Source: Takakia lepidozioides (lineage: Eukaryota > Plantae > Bryophyta). From it: 64,000 nt of DNA. Shown piece by piece: positions 1 to 11,352 of this stretch; the stretch's first letter is position 1, and each line of letters opens with the position of its first letter. The notes beneath the pieces are model-generated. The model was not told where the DNA came from. It searched no databases and was given only the letters and a program-made list of their open reading frames with translations. The stretch spans positions 38,750,001 to 38,814,000 of the forward strand of contig CM060731.1 of NCBI GenBank assembly GCA_030704615.1. Direction: 5' to 3'. A program made the translations under genes and the position numbers.

Positions 1-382
1 AACTGCCGTGGCACCCCCCTCCACCCAAAATCCTACAATTTCCAAACTTCAAAAAATTCCTGACGGCGGAGTTTTTCTCTGTTGGGGGCGCCATAAAGAC
101 CTGCGTGTGCAGCTCGTTCCGCGCTACATTTTTTGTTGAAGCCGCTCGTTCATCGGACTTCATCCGTGTATGCTACAGATGGATGAAAAATCGGGCTGAC
201 TCGATTCGGGTTGGCTCGTCGTTTAGGGGTTAAAGAGAAGGGAAAACCCTGGGAGCGACAGCTCACAATTCAGGCCCTTTGATAGAGCGAGGAGAAAATA
301 ACCTCTTTCACAATAACCATGCCATGGAGGCTGAGAAATGGGACACCACCCAAGGGAAGGGGGAGAAGAGTATACCACACCC

Positions 383-453
383 GTCAAGTAGCAGGATTTG
401 ACCCCATAATCATCTGGGTGGCACTCAGTGCACTAACCAACTGAGCTACTGAC
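383..453 (-). other. tRNA-like sequence (tRNA pseudogene or tRNA-derived SINE head, possibly Gly-GCC related)
   Basis: Minus strand reads GTCAG-TAGCTCAGTTGG(A box)-TTAGTGCACTGAGTGCCACCCAGATGATTATG-GGGTCAAATCC(B-box-like)-TGCTACTTGAC. The ends pair (GTCA/TGAC), but the stems are imperfect. Confidence 0.55.
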
Positions 454-797
454 TGTTGGTATTTTTTATTTTTTTTCGAAATGAAACCGGGGCTACATAT
501 TGCCCCTTCATATGTCTTTTGGTACACATGACCATACATGTAAATACATATATATTTAGGCGAAGAACAGTACAATATATGCTCAATGGTAGAGGCCACA
601 TAGTTGGTATTCTGAAACAGTCAATGATGACCTGCACTTCCAATTGTTTTGCAACTGGTATCCTTTGTGTTACCCTATGAACTACATCTTGTTTATATAT
701 TTGATCTATAAATATGGATGAAATACTCCATGTACACCCCTCTTGAACTTATTTGTGAGTATCAGTGTTATGTTTGAGAACCCTCTGTGTAAGGTGG

Positions 798-1033
798 TGT
801 TAGGTGCCAACAGAGCTTGGACTGGAACTGTGAACCAGTTTGCGAACGCAGAAGGCAACTGCTGAAGTTTCAGCAACTACTGACGGACAGCTGCGGGTGC
901 AAAATCGGGCAAGCTCGTACGTCTCAAAAAGCTAGGGATTCGAGATGTGGAGAAGGAGAACCAGGGACGATGACGAAGAAGGTTGTGCTGTACATTTTTG
1001 GGCAAGTCTGGAATTGAGGAGATAATGTGCAGA
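798..1033 (+). repeat. 5' part of an LTR of an old Ty3/gypsy element (homologous to 29520-29760), truncated
   Basis: Begins TGTTAGGTGCCAA and aligns by eye over ~235 bp with the LTR that follows the PPT at 29520, with many substitutions. Confidence 0.8.
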
Positions 1034-1653
1034 GTTCCCATGAGGCCAGGACGAAACGAAGCAAAGACGTCGCTCGAGATTAGAAGGCTGGTAAAATTGC
1101 CACGATTTCGAGGTAAACCCTCTGTGAAGCTAGAAGAAATTTTGTCTTTCCTGGATACATTATAAGAATTCTTTGAGAACGACTATCCAGAAGAAGCCAA
1201 ACTGTTGCTCTGCAACTCCGATGCTACCAAACTATGGTGGTCGCACCAGAAACATGAACGGCGTGAACACAGGAAATCACATGTGGATAGTTGGGCCATG
1301 TTTAAGGCACAATTCTTAGCCCATTATTTATGCACACAAAATGAAGGTAGAACTGTTCAGGCTGAAACAGGAAACCTTGAGCATTGATGAATTCAAGACC
1401 AAATTTGAAGCCCACGCTAGCTACTTTCCTTTCCCTCAGTGAAGAAGACAGAGTTGATTTATTTGTGAATAGCCTAAATGATTCTCTTAAGTATAAAGTC
1501 AAGGCCCATAATCCTCGAGCAGAAGCTGAGGCTTATCGCTTGGCATGAAATATTGAAAGTGAGATAAGAGCACAAAGAATTGTGAGTCAGGTTCGTGAGG
1601 TTCGTGAATTCACGTCAACTGCAACACCATCTTGGCAGCCAACCAAGAAAAAA
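1034..1653 (+). pseudogene. degenerate retrotransposon gag fragment of the outer element
   Basis: KLPRFRGK...FLDTL*EFFE...ATKLWW...VDSWAMFKAQFLAHY is a Retrotrans_gag-like signature, with stops and frameshifts. Confidence 0.65.
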
Positions 1654-1723
1654 CACTATAGGAAAATGGGGGGGTTAGCGACGCTGCGGCGTTGTTAAAA
1701 CCCCTTTTTGGGGCGGGGTAGAA
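1654..1723 (+). mobile_element. putative CACTA (EnSpm) transposon terminus
   Basis: The gag sequence ends abruptly at CACTATAGGAAAATGGGGGGGTTAGCGACGCTGCGGCGTTG, which has a CACTA start, an A-run and a GCGACG subterminal motif. A matching right TIR/TSD was not confirmed. Confidence 0.5.
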
Positions 1724-3090
1724 TGTCACGCACCTCAATTCGGTGAACTCCCCTTCAAGTCATAGTAACTCGCTTTGATGCGCGCGCCTGACTCCCAACC
1801 TGGCCGCCGGGCCAACTTGGAGCTTCGGCTGCTCACCGGGACATAACGGTCCCCTTTTTGCTTCCCTCTAGAACCCTCCACCTAATTGGGACTAGGAGAA
1901 TTCCCTTTGGTAGATGGCAGTCCGGAACAGCTCCCCACTCTTTGGTCGCTTTCCGGCTCGCTCGCTTACTCACTAGCTTTTGGTCACCAACGGGCTTGCA
2001 CCGTTCTCAGGGTTACTACTCCCTATATATACTTCTGTAGCTGTCCGCGGGGGTTTCACAACCAGCCATGCCATTTTATGGTGAACCACCACGAAGACCC
2101 TCGATTCCCGGTGGTGAGTCGCGGTGAGTCTTGGCCCGCTCACCACGGCCCCTATGGACCGTGATGAGTCCCAAGACTCCCCACGACTCCCACCACGAGG
2201 TCTCCGCCCCCATGGTGAGTCCTATGCCACCCCCACTAAGTCCCACTAAGCTACCACCACCCCTTGTGGAGCCACCCCCACCGCAACCCGGTGTGCGGGG
2301 CTCCACCTAGTGAGCGCCTCCGCTTCCCTGAGTGCCTTGGGCACTCAAGGGTGCCTCAGCCCCATACCTATCGCTGCCGCTGCCCCCACCACAGGGGCAG
2401 CCCCTCATGTGTCCCGACCCCCTGCCCTCAAGGCAAAGGGCCGCGACACACACCCCTACCAAGAGGGAGTCGATGTCCTCATCGACTTGTCCATTTTATA
2501 GAAACGAACATCCAAGTTGTGGCGTCCCACATCAAGGAGTTTGTTTCCGCACCATGGCGTCCCATGGTAAAGAACCAAACCCCACACTTGACTCTACTCT
2601 CCACTAGCTAGTTCGGCCGACTTCCTCCAAGTCTCGGGCAAGGGTGGAGCCTCTCCAGCTCCTCCCAGTGCACTCTTCTTGGCCTACTTCAAGGCCAAGG
2701 AACGATCCTCCCCGAGGATCGAATCGCCTTACTGCAACAACATTGCTTGCGATCGCTCATGATGCCGCTTTTGGCATCACCTTGAGCAAGGGTTCCCTGG
2801 AACCCTCTTTGACTAGGAAGATAACCTTGAACCAACCGTGCGCCCCAATCACTACAATTGGGTCCGCCTTGGAATGCTGGCCTGAGGTACGGGAACACGC
2901 CGAAGCCGCACTACGACTTCGTCCCGAGGCTACACGATTATAGTACGTGAACGGAAGCACGTAGCTTCCGCGTTAGCCCGCACTACAAGGCAACCCCCTC
3001 GGTAGCGCAGTTATAGTACGCGCACGCGCCAAGCGCGCACTAGCACGTGAACTCCCAAAGAAGTCGCAAGTTTCTTTGCCCCTTGGATGG
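1724..3090 (-). mobile_element. truncated Galadriel-like chromovirus copy 1 (3' LTR 1724-2448, PPT and 3' non-coding region)
   Basis: LTR TGTCACG...CGCGACA is near-identical to the other copies. PPT (GGTAGGGGTGTG on minus) lies at 2449-2460. Homology to copies 2 and 3 ends at CCTTGGATGG (3090). Confidence 0.93.
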
Positions 3091-5135
3091 TGTGTACAAT
3101 ATACTGACAAAGTTTGAAAACAAAACAAAAATCATTTGGATGGGCAACCATTCGTTGGCCTTTTGAATCAATTTTGATTGATCTCATATTTGTCCAAGAC
3201 CTGTAAGATAGTAGATAGAACATACTGGCAAAATTTAAAAACAATAAAAAATTAATTTGGATGGGCAACCATTCGTTGGCCCTTTCAATCAGTTTCGATT
3301 GATCTCATATTTGTTGAGGACATGTCGGATGGTATGTAGAACATACTGGCAATGTTTGAAAACAAACAAAAACCATTTGGATGGGAAACCATTCGTTCGC
3401 CCTTTGAATCAATTTTGTTTGATGTCATATTTATCCAGGACCTGTTACATGGTATGGGTGATTGCAGCCTACAATGTCCATTTTTTGCTGTCACAACATT
3501 GTTTTTTCCAGACATAGAATAGTGGTAAATTATCATACTCCTACATGACAATGCCATCAATAAAAAGGGACTAATATATAGAGACTCATCTACATATACT
3601 TTCACACTTTTAAATCTCATTATCAAAAACCAGAATCTCTAGATGCTATGGACTTTTTTTAATATAGGAGTTAGAACAAAGTCAAGAAAATGGACTCTCT
3701 CAACCTTGCTTTGGAGAATGAAGAATCTGGAATGAAAACTATCATTCAAAAATATGAAGTTAAAAAAACATTATGTACTATATTGAGCCTCAAAAATAGC
3801 TATTTTCATAAAGTCTTTTAAGACTAAATTCTTTTGAAATAACAATTTTTTTCATTAGACGCATTCATTCACCATAAATGCAGAGTTGATTATGATCAAT
3901 TTGTGAATTGATATTATCGCAATTTGAAAATCTTGGTTTTAATAGTCAATAATAGACGGTCAAGATTGTCAGTTGAAGCAAATCCGATGGTTGAGGATTT
4001 GCCACATCATCCTTTATGTACTCTTTATGGACTCATGATCTGCCATTTTTGGTCCACTCTAGTTTGCAATCACCCGTATATAGAACATACAAGCAAAGTT
4101 TGAAAACAAACAAAAATCATTTGGATGGGCAAACATTCGTTCGCCATTTGAATCAATTTGGATTGATCTCATATTTGTTCAGGACCTATCAGATGGTACG
4201 TAGAACATTCGCAAATTTTGAAAACAAACAAAAATCATTTGGATAGGCAACCATTCGTTGGCCCTTTGAATCAATTTCGATTAAACTCATAATATTAGGC
4301 CAGGGCATGTCGAATGTTATGTACAACATGCTGGCAAAGTTTGAAAAGAAACAAAAATCATTTGAATTGGGAACCATACGTTTGCCCTTTTAATGAATTT
4401 TGATTGATTTCGTACCTATCCAGGACCTATTTGAGGGTATGTACAACATGCCGGGGAACCGTATGTTCGCTCTTTTATGAATTTCAATTGATCTCATACT
4501 TGTCCAGGACCTGTTTGAGGGTATGTAGAACATGCTGGCAACCTTTGACAAAAAATAAAAATCATTTGGATGGGAAACCATTTGTTTTCCATTTTCATGA
4601 ATTTCGATGGATCCCATACTTGTCCAAGACCTGTTTGAGGGTACATAGAACATGCTGGCAAACTTTGAAAAAAAAACAAAAATCTTCTGAATGGGGAACC
4701 ATTTGTTTGCATTTTTAATCAATTTTGATTCATGTCATACTTGTCCATGACCTGTCACATGATATACACAACATGTTGGCAAAGTTTGAAAACAAACAAA
4801 AATCATTTAGATGGGCAACCATTCGTTCGCCCTTTGAATCAATTTTGATTCATGTCATACTTGTTTAGGACCTGTCACATGGTATATACAACATGCTGAC
4901 AAAGTTTGAAAACAAGCAAAATTCATTTGGATGCACAACCATTTGTTCGCCCTTTTGAATCAATTTTGATTCATGCCATATTTGTCCAAGACTTGTCACA
5001 TGGTATGTAGAATGTACTGGCAAAGTTTGAAAACAAGCCAAAATCATTTGGATGAGGAATCAGTCGTTCGCCACTTGAACCCCTTCTGATGATCTCGTAC
5101 TTGTCCAGGACCCGTCATATGGTATTTAGAACATG
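3091..5135 (+). repeat. ~120-bp tandem repeat array (~12 diverged units) interrupted by a MITE
   Basis: Recurring unit TAGAACATACTGGCAAAGTTTGAAAACAAACAAAAATCATTTGGATGGGCAACCATTCGTTCGCCCTTTGAATCAATTTTGATTGATCTCATATTTGTCCAGGACCTG..ATGGTATG. Confidence 0.92.
3456..4075. mobile_element. 620-bp AT-rich MITE with TIRs and a 4-bp TSD (GTAT)
   Basis: Ends are GGGTGATTGCA...TGCAATCACCC (11 bp perfect, ~30 bp imperfect). GTAT lies at 3452-3455 and 4076-4079. Removing the element restores the 120-bp unit. Confidence 0.85.
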
Positions 5136-7129
5136 GATGATGGTACTGAAGTTTGAAACATTACATCACAACCCAAAGGTTTGCCTCTGTGGACGTCGGA
5201 TGGCTGTGAGATGCACTCCAACAAAACCCACCATTAAAAATTAGAACTTATTTCCTTTGTTGGGTAGGTTGAGTTAGTGTAGAAAGGCCAAACGTGTATC
5301 TCTTTGTTGTGGCTTCCACCAAAGCCACTTCAATAGATTATGTATAAGCTCAACACTACAACGTGCATCGACCTACTTGGATTGGTGACAGATGTAGAAG
5401 TGTTGGGCTGTCGCATTGCACTCTACATTCACATCCTTAGAATCACAGGTTCGTATATAGGTCACTGTTTTTTGTTGCTTACATCACTAGGGCCCAGGTG
5501 TCGCGCACCTCAATTCGGTAAACTCCCCTTCAAGTCATAGTTACTCGCTTTGATGCGCGCGCCTGACTCCCAACCTGGCCGCCGGGCCAACTTGGAGCTT
5601 CGGCTGCTCAACGGGACATAACGGTCCCCTTTTGCTTCCCTCTAAAACCCTCCACCTAATTGGGACTAGGAGAATTCCCTTTGGTAGATGGCAGTCCGGA
5701 ACAGCTCCCCACTCTTTGGTCGCTTTCCGGCTCGCTCGCTTACTCACTAGTTTTTGGTCACCAACGGGCTTGCACCGTTCTCGGGGTTACTACTCCCTAT
5801 ATATACTCCTGTAACTGTCTGCGGGGGTTTCACAACCAGCCATGCCATTTTATGGCGAACCACCACGAAGACCCTCGATTCCCGGTGGTGAGTCGCGGTG
5901 AGTCTTGGCCCGCTCACCACGGCCCCTATGGACCGTGATGAGTCCCAAGACTCCCCACGACTCCCACCACGAGGTCTCCGCCCCCATGGTGAGTCCTATG
6001 CCACCCCCACTAAGTCCCACTAAGCTACCACCACCCCTTGTGGAGCCACCCTCACCGCAACCCGGTGTGCGGGGCTCCACCTAGTGAGCGCCTCCGCTTC
6101 CCTGAGTGCCTTGGGCACTCAAGGGTGCCTCAGCCCCCCATACCTATCGCTGCCGCTGCCCCCACCACAGGGGCAGCCCCTCATGTGTCCCGACCCCCTG
6201 CCCTCAAGGCAAAGGGCCGCGACACACACCCCTTACAACAGGGAGTCGATGTCCTCATCGACTTGTCCATTTTGTAGAAACGAACATCCAAGTTGTGGCG
6301 TCCCACATCAAGGAGTTTGTTTCTGTACCATGGCGTCCCATGGTAAGGAACCAAACCCCACACTTGACTATACTCTCCACTAGCTAGTTCGGCCGACTTC
6401 CTCCAAGTCCCGGCCAAGGGTGGAGCCTCTCCAGCTCCTCCCAGTGCACTCTTCTTGGCCTACTTCAAGGCCAAGGAACGATCCTCCCCGAGGATCGAAT
6501 CGCCTTACTGCAACAACATTGCTTGCGATCGCTCATAATGCCGCTTTTGGCATCACCTTGAGCAAGGGTTCACCTGGAACCCTCTTTGACTAGGAAGATA
6601 ACCTTGAACCAACCGTGCGCCCCAATCACTACAATTGGGTCCGCCTTGGAATGCTGGCCTGAGGTACGGGAACACGCCGAAGCCGCACTACGACTTCGTC
6701 CCGAGGCTACACGATTATAGTACGTGAACGGAAGCACGTAGCTTCCGCGTTAGCCCGCACTACAAGGCAACCCCCTCGGTAGCGCAGTTATAGTACGCGC
6801 ACGCGCCAGGTGCGCACTAGCACGTGAACTCCCAAAGAAGGCGCAAGTTTCCTTGCCCCTTGGATGGGAGTCACCCGATTTCGGCACTGCGCAAACACAC
6901 GATTACCCAATTTACCTCTCCCACTTTTGTAAGCTAGCATACATTCTACACACTAGCCAACCACACCATGCATCACCATTCCAAACACAATATGACGCAC
7001 AATATTTGGAACCCATTTCCTTTATAACAAATTTTTGTACAATACAAGTTTTTGCAATCGGATTCCTGAGCTAGCTAAACCGGGCTAAGCATGCATTTCC
7101 TCCCCCACGCTCCAAGGTTGATGTCCCCA

Positions 7130-8147
7130 TCAACGCTTCTTCCGCTTTTGAGGTCGCCCTTCGAAAGCTGCAACCGCCTCGGATGCGTTTCCCATTTCTG
7201 AGTCACGCACCCAAGATGCCTCCACATGATGATAGCCCTTCCATTTGACGAGATACTCCGTTTCTCGGTTCCTGAACCTCCTCAACTTAAGTATTGCCTC
7301 CACCTCGTACTCAGGTTCATTTTCATGATCCAACAGCATAGGTGGTGGACGCAACACTTGATGCCGATTCGGACGCGCTTCATCTTTGAAGTAAGGCTTC
7401 AAAGGGAGACATGGAATACTGGGTGCACCTTGCTGTTTGCCGGCAGTTCCAATTCATACACATCCTCATTCATAACCTTCCGAATGCGAAAGGGTCCCGC
7501 ATACGGAGGTAGGAACTTCGGACTCACTTCCGGAGGTAGTCGGAAATTCTTGATGTTCAACCAGACCTCTATGCCTGCCTCAAACTTCACTTCCCTCCGC
7601 TTCCGATTTGCCTGCCTTTCATACCGTTTCCTAGCTTTGGCAATATTGTACTTTGCGAGCTTCAACAAACGCTCGCGTTCTTCCAGTACCGCGGCTACTG
7701 CCGGTTCCTCAACGTCCTGGGCGGCCCAACTTGTCGGCACCAGAGGTGCTTTTCCATAGACCAACACAAAAGGGGAAACTCCCGTTGCGGAGTTTTCTGT
7801 GTTATTATAACAGAACTCTGCCGCGTCTAAGTGTTCCATCCAGTTTGATTGGTCTGCCGACACGTAATTCCGCAAGAATTGCTTCACTACGGAATTCACT
7901 CTTTCCGTTTGGCCGTCCGTCGTAGGTCGGAAGGCGGTGCTCATCTTCAGCCTCGTCCCCATCTTCTTCCAAAGTGCTCTCCAGAATTTACTTGTAAACT
8001 TTGGATCGCGGTCCGAGACAATATCCTTCGGGACTCCATGATGCTTTAAGACGTGGGCGAAGTAAAGTCGCCCTGTCTCCTGCGCCGTTGCCGTCTCCTT
8101 GGTGGGGACGAAATGGCCCATTTTACTGAACCTATCTACCGCCACGA
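7130..8147 (-). pseudogene. integrase core/C-terminus and chromodomain of copy 2
   Basis: VDRFSKMGHF, IVSDRDPKFTSKFW, TDGQTERVN, GPF module, HPVFHVSL, YEVEAIL..EYLVKWKGY..EASW. One frameshift near 7400. Confidence 0.92.
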
Positions 8148-8295
8148 CTGTGACGGGCTGTGACGGGCTGTGTAACCACCCTCTACAGTGCGCTGCTGTC
8201 ACCCCTAAGGCTCATGTTGGTCTCAGTCTGTGCAAAAATTAAGGGTACCCTACAGATCCCGTATAAGTGTCTAAGTCCCTGACAGTCCTCTAACA

Positions 8296-9132
8296 GGTGC
8301 CGCCTTTACGTGTGAAGGCCCTCCCTTCGATTTCCACGTGCCATTATCGCCGCGTGGCCTATCCCACTTCTTTCCGGTCTTTTCAACGGTCGGAAGGAGT
8401 CAGCTTCCCGCCGAATCTTCTTGTGGTTCAGCTCCAATTTTGAAGACCATTTCTGGTTCTGCCATGTCCGCGACTTCGAGCAACAGCACATTGAAAGCCT
8501 GGACGTACCCCGAATGTCATCTGTTTGCTTCAAATTCCTCATCTTGTCCCGGGCAAGCCAGGACGCGTTGAGGGGCACAAACTGTCTCTTCAACAATTCC
8601 TTGAACCCACTCCAGTTCAAGTTTCCGGACTTGGACCTCGGTCGTGAAGGCGTTTCTGCCACCATTGTTGAGCATAGCCCCTCAATAGGTGGGAGCCACT
8701 TCCACGCGATCCTCGTCACTCAACTTGGCCGCCCGGAAGTACTGCTCCAGCTCCAAGAGCCAGGTGTTGAGTGCCTTCCGATTTCGGACGCCCTCGAAGG
8801 TGCCGGGTTCCTTAGGCTTCACCTTAAACTTTGCCTTAGTGGATGTGGCATTAGCCGCCTTCAACACGTCTTTCACAACGTCCCGCCAAACTGCGCCAAC
8901 AACCCTTCCCAAAAGCTGCCGGCATGGGAGACATCTCTTGGTTTGTCGGAGCTCTCAAGGATTCCTCGGGCTTCGACTCCTCGGATTCCTCCCGCTCTTG
9001 GGCGGCCTCGTTTTCGGAAACATGCATCGCTTCCTCAAACGGCCGCCTCGGTGACACGCCGCCCCCATCGGGCTCACCGGGATCATCATCTTTTGGGCCG
9101 TTCCGCTTTCGCTTCGGCTTGCCCGACCCCAT
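8296..9132 (-). pseudogene. gag N-terminal part of copy 2 (frameshifted, small internal deletion)
   Basis: Near-identical to 16590-17544 of copy 3: KPKEPGTFEGVRNRKALNTWLLELEQYF; WSGFKELLKRQF. Confidence 0.88.
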
Positions 9133-9938
9133 GATGAGGCCAATCCCAAGGACGATCGCGTACTGAACTCTAAGCTCTGATACCAAGTGTCGCGCACCTC
9201 AATTCGGTAAACTCCCCTTCAAGTCATAGTTACTACTCGCTTTGATGCGCGCGCCTGACTCCCACCTGGCCGCCGGGCCAACTTGGAGCTTTGGCTGCTC
9301 ACCGGGACATAACGGTCCCCTTTCGCTTCCCTCTAAAACCCTCCACCTAATTGGGACTAGGAGAATTCCCTTTGGTAGATGGCAGTCCGGAACAGCTCCC
9401 CACTCTTTGGTCGCTTTCCGGCTCGCTCGCTTACTCACTAGTTTTTGGTCACCAACGGGCTTGCACCGTTCTCGGGGTTACTACTCCCCTATATATACTT
9501 CTGTAGCTGTCCGCGGGGGTTTCACAACCAGCCATGCCATTTTATGGTGAACCACCATGAAGACCCTCGATTCCCGGTGGTGAGTCGCAGTGAGTCTTGG
9601 CCCGCTCACCACGGCCCCTATGGACCGTGATGAGTCCCAAGACTCCCCACGACTCCCACCACGAGGTCTCCGCCCCTATGGTGAGTCCTATGCCCCCCCA
9701 CTAAGTCCACTAAGCTACCACCACCCCTTGTGGAGCCACCCCCACCGCAACCCGTGTGCGGGGCTCCACCTAGTGAGCGCCTCCGCTTCCCTGAGTGCCT
9801 TGGGCACTCAAGGGTGCCTCAGCCCCCCATACCTATCGCTGCCGCTGCCCCCACCACAGGGGCAGCCCCTCATGTGTCCCGACCCCCTGCCCTCAAGGCA
9901 AAGGGCCGCGACACCAGGGGAGTGCATATTAGGTGAAG

Positions 9939-11352
9939 ATGAGGGAGGAATAAAGCCCTTGGTATACGGTAATCCCGAACACTGTCAGTGCCACTGGCAG
10001 TGTTGAGTGCAACCTATGTGGACTGAAGCTTTCTTATCGTAAGGATCGGCTGCTCGCTTATCTTGGCTATAAATGTAGGAAGAACGTCAAGGTGGGTTTA
10101 TGCCCTAAGGCATCTCTCCAGGTAAAAACCCATTTTGCCCAGTGTCGAGCCAATGTTCCAATGTCTTTGGATCTGGACACGACCTCTGAGTAGAACACTT
10201 CATCTTCCCGTCAGGATGCCCCAATTAGTACCCAAGGGGACTCTTGTGAGGCTTGAGGTGTCCGGGGACAAGTGGGTTGTGCCGGAGCAACACCTGCTTC
10301 AACACATCTTTGTATCCCTACACTTCAACGGAGTAGATTACGACAACAATCCATGCAGGAAAGCCTTAACTTGTCTGCAAAAAAACAGTTGGATAAAAAA
10401 TGGGCGCAGTTTTTCTTCGAGGCCAACATACCGTTTAATGTGGCAAGACTTCCGACATTTGTTTCTGCCATTAGAGCAACCTCGGAGTCCAAATCCACGT
10501 ACGTGCCTCTTTCTTATCAGAATCTCCGCACATGATTGCTAGAAGACGCCATGACACAGCTTACCCAAAAGGCAACGATGGACGGACGAGTCTCTGAGAA
10601 AATATGGAAGCACTATATGTGCCGATGGATGGACTTCTATTACAATAGACCATTGTTCAATGTCATGCTCGTATGTCCAGCTGGGGAACGGTTCTTGGGA
10701 TCGGTGGACACTAGTGGCGAGAAGAAAGATGGACGTAATCAATGTCAGCTATTGACGGACTTCATCGAATAGGTCGGAAATGATAGAATCATGCAAATAT
10801 GCACGATTCAATGCCGCTAACATGAGGAGCACTGCAAAGATGTTTATTGGTACGATATCCCCATATGTACTACCAGGGCTGTGCAGTTCATATCCTTGAC
10901 CTCATTTTGGAAGATTGGGGAAAAGAACAGTGAGTGAAATAACTTGTGCGGTGAGCGAAGACCATTGTGTCGTTCATCCGCACACACCACATCCCTTTGA
11001 CAATATATAGGAGGCATGAACCAAAATACAGCCTTCGGAATCTAGGCAAAACTCGTTTTGCCACTAACTTCTTGATGGTAGATCGGTTGGTGACGGTGAA
11101 GAGCAGTCTCGAGCACACCATCATCGCTCTTCAATGGGAAGGCTACACCGGACGTTGCGGGACTCGAGAAAAGCCAAGTCATTGCGCAAAAGTCGAAAGG
11201 TTAGGAACACCATTCGCAACGACGATTTCTGGAAGAAATGTGAGAACTTTGTTATATGGTAGAGCCGGTGGCTAATGCTTACATGAGTTTGATGGAAAGC
11301 AACCAGTAATGGGCAAGGCACGGTTACTAATGCAAAATCTAGAGAAGCGTGT
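9939..11352 (+). pseudogene. hAT transposase, N-terminal part (BED zinc finger and DUF659-type catalytic region)
   Basis: VECNLCGLKLSYRKDRLLAYLG..CPK (BED-like); AQFFFEANIPFNVA; DGWT..NRPLFNVMLVCPAGERFLGSVDTSG; CAVHILDLILED; KTRFATNFLMVDRL. Several stops and frameshifts. Confidence 0.9.

Larger units (their letters stand above)
5499..9913 (-). mobile_element. internally deleted Galadriel-like chromovirus copy 2 (LTRs 5499-6224 and 9188-9913)
   Basis: Paired LTRs TGTCGCG..CGCGACA; TSD CCAGG at 5494-5498 and 9914-9918; iMet PBS TGGTATCAGAGC at 9174-9185; PPT at 6225-6236. Protease, RT and RNaseH are missing. Confidence 0.96.

Noticed and set aside
383-453. Functional tRNA-Gly gene
   Set aside because: The acceptor, anticodon and T stems are mismatched and the T-loop lacks TTC.
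1710-1723. GGGGCGGGGTAGAA before TG as a + strand PPT
   Set aside because: PBS, PPT and gag-pol show that this LTR family lies on the minus strand, so the tract is flanking DNA.
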